A stretch of 64,000 nucleotides of DNA from Eledone cirrhosa (lineage: Eukaryota): NCBI GenBank assembly GCA_964016885.1, contig OZ024743.1, positions 285,138,001-285,202,000 on the forward strand, read 5' to 3'. A model generated the notes under the pieces. That model was given only the letters and a program-made list of their open reading frames with translations. It did not search any database and was not told where the DNA came from. Shown piece by piece: positions 53,501 to 63,640 of the stretch. The first letter of the stretch is position 1; each line of letters starts with the position of its first letter. Position numbers and translations under genes: made by a program.

Positions 53501-56500
53501 GTCTATCTTTATTGCCCTGCACTTTGTTATACAGCTGTCGTCTTTCATGCGCATCACGTGACCGTACCAACGTAGCCTTCTCTCGAGTAAACAACATCTG
53601 ATCCCTCTTATTTCTAATTTTTTCCTTAGTTCGTTTATGCTTTGCCGTTCACGTATATTACTATTGCACATCCAGCGGAGCATGCAAGCTTCGTTCCTCT
53701 CTAGTCTGCGTATATCCTCTGCACACAATGCCCAGGTCTCACTGCCATGCAGCATTGCTGTTCGTATGCAGGCATCGTATAACCTGCCTTTCATTTTTAG
53801 GGAGAACCCTCTAGCGGCTAATAGTGGTATAAGCTCTCTGAACTTTTTCCATCCAGTTCTGACTCTAGCTACTGTACTTTCAGAGCACCCTCCCCCACTG
53901 CTGATTTTGTCACCCAGATAACGGAAGCTGTCCACTATTTCTATAGAACCCTCTGCGCAGTTGAAGGAGCTAGTATTTTGTGGGCACTTGCTGCTACTTA
54001 TTGCACCAGAGCACCGGCCACATGTAAAATCTATGTTCTTAGTTAGCTTACCTGTGATCCCACTACATCTTTTATGCACCCATACTTTGCATTTGGGACA
54101 TAAAATGGAGTTTCTACCTACGCCTTTCCTACACACTGAGCATGGCCATTTCCCCGATGGGACCGCCGCCTTATTTTCTTTCCTACAAACTAGAACTTTA
54201 GTCTTAGCCAGGTTAATTTTAAGGCCTTTTGATTCTAGGCCGTGCTTCCACGTTTGGAATTTCTTCTCTAGTTCGGTCATTGATTCAGCTATGAGCGTTA
54301 GATCATCTGCGTATAGGAGTTCCCATGGGCAGCCGGTCTTGAACTCCTCTGTTATAGCCTGAAGGGCAATAATAAATAGTAGGGGGCTAAGTACAGAGCC
54401 CTGATGGACACCAACTTTTACGCTAACTTTTACGCCGTGATCATAATACAAACCTTTTAACAATTTATGTCAATTCACATAAAAGAAAAGGTTTACTTGA
54501 CACAGGCTCAGACAAGTCTTTCATTGACATGAACCTCTTGTCGAAATGGGAAAGTAATTTCAAGAAAACTAATAAGAGTGTAATTTTAGCTGACAACAGT
54601 AAACTCATAATACGAGGTACGTTTGAAACAACATTAGAATGGGAGGGCCTAGAATACCACATCGATCTAATGGTGGTTGACAAACTCTTTGCTCAGTAGT
54701 TATGGGTCTTGATATACTTAAAAGTCATAAGTCTTTAACAATAAAATATGCGGGGGACATGAGACCAGTCACGATATGTATGTCAATGCAAACTCTGAAT
54801 TGTGAAGAATATGATTTAATGCCTGGTATCGATACTACAAAATTAAACTATTATCTATACCTCCTCGAAAATATAATAAAGATCAGCAATTCATTAAAAC
54901 GGAAATCGACAGAATGCTTAAAGCTGGAATAATTCAACAGAGCAGAAACCTATGGAGAGCGCAGTGCTTCGTAATAGATCAAGAAAACAAAAAACGTCTT
55001 GTCACTACTCAGGTACTATAAATCGTTACACACCATTAGATTCATACCCTAATGCTATAATCGAAGACCTACTCAACAAAATTTCAAAACACACATATTT
55101 CTCGAAAATAGATCTAAAGGCGGCTTATCACCAAATACCCATCAAATCTTCCGACTTTAAGTTGACTGCATTCGAGGCCTGTGGCCGACTATACGAATTT
55201 ACCCGTCTTCCGTTTGGATGCACAAATGCCGTTCCAATTTTCCAACGAATAATGGACACTTTCATAGACAATTACAACTTACAAAATACCTACTCATACC
55301 TTGACGACATTATTATAAGAGGAGACACAGTCGAAGGACATAACCATAACCTAAAGCAATTCATGAATGCAGCTAACAATGCAGGTATGCAACTGAATCG
55401 AGACAAATGCAGCTTTAATCAAAATAGAATACATTTCCTTGGACATGTCATAGAAAAAGATAAATTAAAACCGGACTCTGAAAGGTATAAAGCCCTTATT
55501 GACATGCCGTTCCCAAAGATGTTAAAAGAGTTGAACCGGGTAATCGGTCTTTTTGCATACTATGCTAAATGGATTAAAGGCTCTTCTAACCTCTCAGTCG
55601 TTCTTACAAAGGCAAGAAACACCATTGATAAACAAGGTCTATCAAACGAAGAAAAATCTACTATTAATAAGATGAAAGAAGAACTCATAAAGGCATCACT
55701 GTGTTCACCCGATTTCACTGCACCATTTATAATCGAAACCGACGCATCAGATATTGCCATTGGCAGAACTCTATCACAAAATGGTCGTCCAATTGCTTTT
55801 CTTAGTAGAACCCTAAATAAGTCAGAAAGAGGACATTCCATCATCGAAAAGGAAGCTTACTCAATTATAGAATGTTGTAGAAAATTGAGGCATATGATCA
55901 GTGCTGTTCCACATTGTAATATCATAACAGACCAACGATTGGTTGCATTTGCGTTCAACAAAATACACACTTCCAAGATTAAAAACGAGAAGGTAGCCCG
56001 CTGGCGACTGGAGCTAAGCGATCTTAACCTTACCTTCTCATATAGACCTGGTTCATTAAACCAAGCCGCAGACGCCCTATCGCACTGCTTCTCTACTAAG
56101 ATGGAACACGAATTATACAATATTCACTCACGTCTATGTCATCTGGAGGTCACCAGACTTCTACATTATTGTAAATCAATGAACTTGGCATATCCTATTA
56201 ATGAAATAAGAGAAATTACCGCCAATTGCAAAATATGCCGTGAATGTAAACCACAATTCTATAAACCACCCAAAGGAAGATTAATACATGCCACAAGAAC
56301 TTGGGAAAGACTATCAATGGACTTTGTGGGTCCCATGGCTATCTCAAACGGTTTTCGATTTATGTTAACTATAGTTGACGAGTACTCGCGTTTTCCATTC
56401 GCCATTCCCTATAAAGAGATAACAACCGACGTAGTAATTAAACATCTATTGGAGATATTCTCTATATTTGGAAAACCCAGTTCGATTCATACAGATAGAG

Positions 56501-58630
56501 GACGTCAATTTGAATCACAAAAACTCTAAAATTTCTTATGGAGTAATAACATTATAAAAAGCCACACCACGCCATATCGACTCCAAGCCAACGGCCAATG
56601 CGAAAGAGTTAACGGCACAATATGCAAACCGATAAGTCTGGCATTGAAGACAAATAATCTCAATAAAAATGGAGTAACATGATTCCAATCGCACTGTCGT
56701 CTATCCGAGGATTGCTTTGCACCGCTACAAACGCCACACCACATGAAAGAGTATTTTCATTCACCAGATCGACAAACAACGGCACAGAAATACCAGAGTT
56801 TCTAAATAAACCGGGCACAATCGTGCTACATCGACATCACATAAGGAATAAAGGTGATGATCTCACGGAAAACATTCAACTCATTGAGACGATCTCACCT
56901 TACTTTGTTTGCCAAGGTACAATTTAATAGTGGAAGAATAGACACAGTCTCAACTACAAATCTCGCACCAGAAGCATCACCACAAAACAATGGAAATTCA
57001 ACAACATTGGAGTGTCAGAATAATAACTCCCCAAAAGGCGCCAATTTAACTCAACCAACAGCAATATCTACACCTGTGGCCTTGGGAACGAAAGTATGAC
57101 ATCTACCGCCGATAACAATCCTACAGAGAGTGCTGAATTCGATGACGATGAATCTTCTGACACATTCTTAACCTCGAATAACACACCCCAACAACAAAGA
57201 ACACGCCAAGGACGCTTAGTAGTGAGGCCAATGAGATACAACGATTAACGCTAGAGGGAAAGAATGTGATGATATGATTTGTTTTATAGCATCACTTTTG
57301 TCTCTTTGATTTGATTCCTTTTTATTCTTATTCATTGTATTCATTCTGTTCTTGTTTGTTGTATTGTTAACCCATACTAATTTCTTCTCTTATTGACTCT
57401 TTCTATATTATTCTTAGATTGAATAAAAACTTTTGATTTGGTATAAAATAATACAACACATATATAGTTATTGAAATAATGGCTGAACTTACTTGCGTTC
57501 CACATATGAAACGTACAGAACTTAGCCCAGCACCATGAGTGTCTAAAGCCTTTTTGCTAGCTTCTATAACCTCTGGATGTGCCTTAAAGAGGAAACAGAC
57601 AAAATTACAAGCAGGAACAATATTTCTGGAAAGACCTCACTAACATATATATCATTTTATATGGATAAGTAATGAGATTTCAGTTTCTTTCTGGGCATAC
57701 TATAGTTACAATCATCATTATTGTTACATTTGTTTCTTTATGTTAGTATGAGTTCAACAGATTTGTAACACTACAATCATACACATTCAGTGTTGTATCT
57801 AAGTATGTTTATTCAAGATGCACTATTAATATATTTTTACTTTATTGCTTGCTATTTCATTTTTTCTGCAGTATTCATCATCATCATTTTTATATCTGTT
57901 TTTCCATGCTTGCATTTCTCCACTCGCTGTGTTCCTTCATCATCTCCTCTGCGAGTCTCAGTGATTTGAGATCAGCTCTCACCACCTCTGCCCAGGTCTT
58001 CTTTGGTCTTCCTCTATTGCAGCTTCCTTCCACTTGAATTTCCTGGCATTTCTTCACCCAACAATCATCATCCATGCGCATCACATGCCTGTACCAACAC
58101 AGTTTTCTCTCTTGCACACCACTTCATATTCCTCTTAAACCCAATTTCCCAGTTCATCCAAACTCTGCTTTTCTCTCACACTTACATTGCATATCCAATG
58201 CAACATGGTTACTTCATTTCTCTGCAGTCACTGCCCATGTTTCACTACCATACAGTCATCCTTTTGTACAACCATAGACAATCATAAAATTGTTTTTCTT
58301 CAATAGTGGATGTGTGTATTTGTGACTTTGTTTAAGTTTGTTCTTTCTCAGTATTTAACTGAATAAAAAAAAATCACTATAAATAAAGTAGCTTTGATAA
58401 ATTGGGAAATTTACTTACTGACAATCCTAAATAGTTGTTGGCACAAAAGTTGAGGATTGAATTAGTTTGGCCCTTTACATTGATATTAGCACCTTGCTTG
58501 GAGACAATAACTCTTTCAGCTTTCCAGGTTCCAGCATTTTTTATGTCTGTCAGAGCTTCTTGTAAAATTTTTTTGGTAGAACCTAAACTGGCTGAATTAG
58601 CACTAGGTTGCAGTTGGAATAGTGATGGTA
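39807..58630 (-). CDS. GCAT: 2-amino-3-ketobutyrate CoA ligase / glycine C-acetyltransferase, spliced gene span (11 coding exons found, 5' end unresolved)
   Basis: Exons assemble in frame with GT-AG sites. Motifs [68 protein letters not shown] (PLP lysine), [17 protein letters not shown] and [12 protein letters not shown] match the KBL/GCAT family. Confidence 0.97.
40974..41234. mobile_element. TTAA-flanked piggyBac-like MITE
   Basis: ttaa|tcctttc..gaaaggg|ttaa. Related copies at about 29970-30390 (SINE-interrupted), 30741 and 50721-50976. Confidence 0.65.
41332..41379 (-). CDS. GCAT: GCAT exon ([15 protein letters not shown])
   Basis: 48 nt, phase 1-1, ttacag/gttggt. Confidence 0.94.
41924..42002 (-). 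CDS. GCAT: GCAT exon ([26 protein letters not shown])
   Basis: 79 nt, phase 0-1, ttttag/gtaagt. Confidence 0.95.
42248..42575 (+). mobile_element. CORE-type SINE
   Basis: tRNA-like head then gtgtccttgagcaagacactt CORE-like motif. Related minus copies at about 16215-16352, 32700-32970 and 34660-34940. Confidence 0.7.
42794..42895 (-). CDS. GCAT: GCAT exon ([34 protein letters not shown])
   Basis: 102 nt, phase 0-0, ttccag/gtaagt. Confidence 0.95.
43032..43803 (+). mobile_element. RTE LINE 3' fragment in a GCAT intron
   Basis: [14 protein letters not shown], same 3' UTR and (GAT)n tail. Confidence 0.95.
44394..44503 (-). CDS. GCAT: GCAT exon ([36 protein letters not shown])
   Basis: 110 nt, phase 1-0, tccag/gtcagt. 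Confidence 0.96.
45094..45176 (-). CDS. GCAT: GCAT exon ([27 protein letters not shown]), carries the PLP-binding Lys
   Basis: 83 nt, phase 2-1, tcaag/gtaagt. Confidence 0.96.
45635..45870. repeat. 48-bp tandem repeat within an RTE-3'UTR-like element
   Basis: Unit ctgggcgctttttgtcatgtcacaaacacgaccactttacagtgtaga, about 4-5 copies. Confidence 0.9.
46515..46601 (-). CDS. GCAT: GCAT exon ([28 protein letters not shown])
   Basis: 87 nt, phase 2-2, catag/gtaatt. Confidence 0.95.
47697..48097 (-). mobile_element. Tandem pair of tRNA-derived SINEs inserted in a CR1 3' end
   Basis: Two copies between the CR1 tail (about 47613-47695) and the CR1 body (48110 onward). Confidence 0.85.
48110..49415 (-). 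mobile_element. CR1-type LINE, internally rearranged, in a GCAT intron
   Basis: Segments homologous to 19120-20740 in permuted order with deletions. Confidence 0.88.
49500..49910 (-). mobile_element. Probable CR1 ORF1 remnant (RRM-like)
   Basis: IGVPE..RLG..PRLIRL..PGLS..R pattern, directly upstream of the CR1 ORF2 pieces. Confidence 0.6.
50549..50645 (-). CDS. GCAT: GCAT exon ([31 protein letters not shown])
   Basis: 97 nt, phase 1-2, tatag/gtgagt. Confidence 0.95.
51232..51451 (-). CDS. GCAT: GCAT exon ([29 protein letters not shown])
   Basis: 220 nt, phase 0-1, gcag/gttaag. Confidence 0.96.
51857..52042 (+). repeat. 5' LTR (186 bp)
   Basis: Direct repeat of 57265-57458, about 7 substitutions and 2 indels by eye, AATAAA inside. 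Confidence 0.92.
52851..54434 (-). mobile_element. RTE LINE, 5'-truncated, nested in the Gypsy element
   Basis: [10 protein letters not shown] and YADD RT motifs, (GAT)n tail, 10-bp TSD ccgtgatcat at 52846-52855 and 54435-54444. Confidence 0.95.
54445..57248 (+). pseudogene. Gypsy pol (PR-RT-RNaseH-INT), disrupted
   Basis: ORF 54952-56529 plus flanking frameshifted pieces. Ends [16 protein letters not shown], no chromodomain seen. Confidence 0.9.
57265..57458 (+). repeat. 3' LTR (194 bp)
   Basis: Preceded by the polypurine tract agagggaaagaa, TGT..ACA termini. Confidence 0.92.
57493..57582 (-). CDS. GCAT: GCAT exon ([30 protein letters not shown])
   Basis: 90 nt, phase 0-0, ttaag/gtaagt. 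Confidence 0.96.
57870..58262 (-). mobile_element. Old RTE LINE 3' fragment
   Basis: [21 protein letters not shown]. Similar fragments at about 2300-2600 (+) and 46813-47032 (+). Confidence 0.8.
58419..58630 (-). CDS. GCAT: GCAT exon (..[27 protein letters not shown])
   Basis: tttgtag acceptor, gtaagt donor, 212 nt. Acceptor less certain (alternative at 58602). Confidence 0.88.
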
Positions 58631-60084
58631 CTACAAAGATAGAAATTTTGTATAAAAATAAAAACATTAATCATTAAAATTTTAATTATGTTTTTTCTTC
58701 ATCAGTTAGTTTGATAAGATCTTTGCTGCCTATATTGTAAGAATAGCTAATGAAGATCTGGTATTGGTGTATGGAATATTATAGCAAAGTATATTTTTAC
58801 TTTTTCAAATAAATACCATGTTTAAATGACAGTATCCTAATCTTTTACTGTTTTCTCTTATTAGATTGTGATTATACTAAGTATTTTAGTTAATTTGTAT
58901 TGACCCCAGGACTTATTTCAGTCTGGTCCCTATTTCATTGATCACTACTTGTTGGACCATTAAGTTATAAACATAAAAGTTTGCAAAAAGTCAGAGTATG
59001 GGACATTAAATTGTAGTTAGGTCTAACATTACAATTATTTAAGACAAACTCTGAACCTAAAAATAAAAGCACCTTGTCCCAATAGCACTTTAATAACTGA
59101 TAGAATTATGAATATATGTATCCTGAGGAATGGCAATCATAAAGTATGGATTGTTTTTAATACTCTTCAATTAAAAATACAATTAATGAAACGAAGCTCT
59201 AATGTAATATATTCGTGCTACTAATACAACAAATAAACTGCCATGGTCTACGTTCGCAAAAAGAAACAATAACGATGAGTTAGCTCCCTTGTTTTTCTAT
59301 AAACTGGAAAACTGTACACTAATACTCAATTATTCAATTAAATAGTTGTTCAACCAATGCTAGCATGGAGAAACGGCGGTAATGAGTAATCGGGGAATAA
59401 CAAAAGAGCCAATTCATAGATGTTTCCTTTTGCAAACGTAAACTACATAGTTGTTGATTGCAGTTTTGAAGAGGCAGAATACTCTCGGGTCTCGATTAAT
59501 CGCCCCCATACGTTAAAAAATAAATAGGATGGATTGGAGTCTCAATATGTAAACTAGACTAATTCTCGTTTAAAAAAAAAATCAAGGGACAACCTAGAAA
59601 AATTACCGATTTTTCAAACCCCTTCCCTTATTATTTGGGACTCGGGGGTAGTTTTCTCCGGCTTTATAAGGTGCCTAAATATGCTGCAAATAACATGAAT
59701 ACTCGTACCAAATGATATTTTATTCTCAATTGTATAAATAACATTACAAATTATTTATAATTCTTAAGGAATGAAAATAGACACAAATAATATCTCCTTA
59801 TATAACCAGCAATATCTCTGTCTGTCTGTCCGACAGTGGAAACACGTGCGCGCGTGCGAATGTTTTTTGCGCACGCGACGCGTAGAGAGAGAGTGAGAGT
59901 GAAAGAAAGAGACAGACTACAAGAGGGGAATAGCGGGAGGGGGATAGCGGGAGGGAGAGAGGGGGTAATTGAGGAGTGCTACAGAAACATATATACATTT
60001 CTGTGTGTGTGTAATATATATACACACACAGAAATATATATATATATATACACACAGAAATATATATACATTTTTGTGTGTGTA

Positions 60085-60115
<31 letters not shown>

Positions 60116-60242
60116 GAAATATATATATATTTCCGTGTGTATATATATATATATATATATATTACACACACAGAAATGTATATATATATATATACATGAA
60201 ATATAAGAATCAAAGAACTGTTCAAAACATTATTGTGCTTAC

Positions 60243-60343
60243 AGCCGTTTCCTCCAAACCGAGGTTTGGATTCTTCGGAGCAATTTATTAATGCATGGAC
60301 AGTTATATGACCTCGTTTTCAGCCGAGAGACATACCGATACAT
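60243..60343 (-). CDS. Candidate GCAT first coding exon (mitochondrial targeting peptide-like)
   Basis: MYRYVSRLKTRSYNCPCINKLLRRIQTSVWRKR has 7 R, 3 K and no D/E, followed by a gtaagc donor. Its phase does not match the 58630 acceptor. Confidence 0.4.
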
Positions 60344-60898
60344 ATTCAAACATTGATACATATTCAAACATTGTGGGTCAACATTCATTACAGAATTTAG
60401 AGTGGCAGTACACACTTCGAGATTACATTTATATTAAGAGGTACAATCAAATCAAAAATACAGGTTAAAATACAACATGAAGATAAGCGGTTATATAGTG
60501 CAAATGTTATATGTGTGGCACGCATGTGCGTCTTGTTTATATAGTGTGGCAGAGAGATATGTGTGGTAGAGGCACTTAGGTAGGTAAACAAGAGTGTTAG
60601 GTTGGTAGATCTGGTGGCAAATTCTTTATATGATTGATATAGTCTGTGTGTGGAGAAATGTTATAAGCATTAAAAATAGTGCAAGCATTAAAAGTGTTAA
60701 AAGTATTGGAGATGCACAGCGAAGGGATGTCAAGTATTTCATGTACTTCGACATTTTCATGGTCAGGGGAGTGTATTTTTCGATTATATGCCCCTCACAT
60801 AATCCACGACAATTCGATATTGAGCGTTTGACAATCCATTTAGAGATCGTAGTCTGGTGTTCTTTAGTTCAATACAGGAGGCTGTTACGTTTCGAGAA

Positions 60899-60924
60899 TC
60901 GCCATTGAATACTACCCGGAAGTG
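60899..60924 (-). promoter_or_regulatory. Candidate housekeeping promoter motifs upstream of GCAT
   Basis: CCGGAAGTG (ETS/GABP-type) at 60916-60924 next to CGCCATT (YY1-like) at about 60900, in locally CpG-richer non-repeat sequence. Confidence 0.35.
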
Positions 60925-61180
60925 TGTGTGTACACACAGAAATATATATACATCCCTTAGCTACTGTACTGTATCTGTTGCTATCTCTCTCTCTCTCTCT
61001 CTCCCTCTCTTTTAGTCTGTCTGTTTCTCTCACTCTCACTCTTTCTCTTTGTAACACACTAACATTCCTCCCCTCTATCGCTGTGACGAATGGGGAGATG
61101 GAGGAGGAGGAGAGTCACTTCGTCACTTCACCTCTGCCGTTCTTTCTCTCCCCTCTCACTCCCTCATTACGTACAGACAT

Positions 61181-61376
61181 TAGGGCGGTGGATTGGCAGA
61201 ATCTGTAGAGAGTCGGACACCATGCTTCATAGCATGGAGTTACGTCCCTTTACGGTCTGAGTTCAAATACTGCCGAGGTTAACTTTGCCTTTCATCCTCA
61301 CGGGGTCGATAAAATAAAGTACCAGTAATGTACTGGGTAATTGCTGGCCTTGTGCTAAAAGTAGAAACAATTATTA
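61181..61376 (+). mobile_element. tRNA-derived SINE
   Basis: Same family, full length. Confidence 0.88.
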
Positions 61377-61629
61377 GAAACATTGCTTCATTTTTACATA
61401 TCTAAGCATTAGTAAAATAACTAATAATTTCAAAATTAATTTTTCAATTCCAATTGTTATGAACAGCAAAACATTAATAATAATTTTGTTCTAAGAAATA
61501 TATATACATTTCTGTGTGTGTAATATATATATATATATACACACAGAAATATATATACATTTCTGTGTGTGTAATATATATATATATATATATACACACA
61601 CAGAAATATATATACATTTCTGTGTGTGT

Positions 61630-61671
<42 letters not shown>

Positions 61672-62211
61672 GAAATATATGGGCATTTCTCTGTTTGTCT
61701 GTCTGTCTGTCTGTCTGCCCTTCCCTAAAACTCAAATGTAGGTGCTACAGAAATATTTCCTTCCCCTTCCTTTCTCCACTTTGGTACTACCAAGAGAAAC
61801 ACTCTCGCTATAGAAACATTACCTTCCCCTCTCCACTGACTTTGGTCACTGAGGCCGAGGGAATCGCTGGTTGCTATAGAGACACCTTGCACAAGCCAGA
61901 AGTAACCAGTTCGAGGCGGTTCTGACTCGACACCATGCCAAGGACCATTTGAAGATATATTTCCATCGTTATATCATAACGATTATATTTCCGTCACTAA
62001 TCTCTTTTTCTCCTTTTTCGTTTTAACATATATTTATTTCAAAGATTTCACCGTATAGATAACATATATATTTATACATGCATAAAAGACACACCGAGAG
62101 ACGGTGAACATGTGGTGCCGAAAACATTTCTCATCCAAATCTCAACAATATCAGTATATACACTAGATTTGCTAGCAGAAAACCACCCGTGGGCGGTTTT
62201 CTGCTAGTCTA

Positions 62212-63216
62212 TCTATATAAAACAGAGGATGTCTGTCTGTGTGTGTGTGTGAGTTTGAATCCCTAAAACTAGAGAACCACTCAACCGACTGTTTTCAAAC
62301 TTTACACATGTAATACTTATGTTTCAGGGAGTGTTCTGAGCAAAAAATTAAAATTAAAATTTAAAATTTTCAATGCCCTATGGACCGCATTAGGCGATTT
62401 AGCGATCTCTCTATATAATTCTTAGTCTTTCTTTTTTTTAGATAGATACATACATATACCTTTTTTTACGTTTGGCACAAGGCCAGCAATAACCCAGTGC
62501 ATTACTGGTACTTTATACATACATATAACGTCGCGCCCTTATAATATCTGTCTGTATGTCTGCCTGTCTGCATTACGTCACTTCCCTGAGGATGTCTGTC
62601 TGTGTGTGTGTGTGTCTGTCTGTCTGTGAGTTTGAATCCCTAAACCTTGAGAAGTACCCAACCGATTTTTTTCAACCTTTACATGTGTATTACTTATGTT
62701 TCAGGGAGGGAGTGTTATGCACATAAAAAAATTCAACTTTTTGATCCCTTAGGGCATTAGATGAAAAATTGCGTTTTTTAAGCTTTTTAGGGGGGGGGGG
62801 TTAGGCGTTACGTCAGACCGATTTCCTTGAAATTATAACTATGTATTAGTCAGTCTCTTCTTCATACCGCGAGCAAAAAAAATCCAACTTTTTTATGGCC
62901 TAAGGTGAAAAACTTCCTTTTTTCAGCTTTTTAGGGCTTTTTGTAGGCGTTACGTCTAGCCGATTTCCCCGAAATTTCAAGGCATATTATGCACATTAAA
63001 AAAATTTATTTTCTTGATCCCCTAGGGCCCGTATTAGGTGAAAACCTGCATTTTTCCTGCTTCATCGAGGAAATCTTAAAGATTATCCAGCCATCAGAGT
63101 ATTCAGTTTATTTTCTTTACATTTTGTCCATGCATGCAGTTTTTCCAAGATTAGGTCTGTTGGCGGCCCACGTTCCAAAATACCTTATCCCCTGCAACGC
63201 CGGGTACCACTGCTAG
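62212..63216 (+). mobile_element. Non-autonomous Helitron
   Basis: A|TC 5' end (tctatataa..gtctgtctgt..aaccga), 3' CCC..GGG hairpin then CTAG|T, internal duplicate of the 5' module at about 62588-62740. Confidence 0.8.
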
Positions 63217-63339
63217 TATACAATACAAATATAAATACAAATACAAATATATATACAAATATAAAAGATTAAACAAAACGACCATCAATTCACCACCAAG
63301 TACGACAATCGGCGTCACATCATGAGGGTCAACAGAACA

Positions 63340-63640
63340 CTTTGATGCAAGCCAACACGCTTGCAACATTACCACGGGTGATGCCAAGGCTAAGGCATTG
63401 AAATAACCAGGCACCCTGGCGGGTATCACCTGACACCTCAGAAAGTCGAGCCGCCAGCGATGATAAGAACCATGTTGGCCTGTAAGGTCGAGGGACCTAT
63501 CACAGCGACATCTCAGACCTCCACAAACCTCGACTCCCACTCGAAGTGCAATGGTGATGCGGAGCTCATCCTAACTGAGAAGACCACCAATGTTGGCCAC
63601 AGGCTGAGCACCAATTCAGTCCTCCGAGAACTTAGCGCTT
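63340..63640 (-). mobile_element. CRE-clade non-LTR retrotransposon remnant
   Basis: ELRITIALRVG..CRC..D..GQH zinc-knuckle region and LSLGITRGNVASVL C-terminal motif. Confidence 0.6.

Larger units (their letters stand above)
51857..57458 (+). mobile_element. Gypsy (Metaviridae, Mag-like) LTR retrotransposon, full length but decayed, antisense in a GCAT intron
   Basis: Two TG..CA LTRs. Gag from ATG 52056 with two zinc-knuckle-like motifs, protease LLDTGS (about 54495), RT YLDD, RNase H ETDAS, integrase HHCC plus DFVGP/TDRG, PPT 57253-57264. Contains stops and frameshifts, no clean TSD. Confidence 0.95.

Noticed and set aside
39807-58630. Bacterial kbl acquired by horizontal transfer
   Set aside because: The gene is intron-rich and closely follows animal GCAT motifs.
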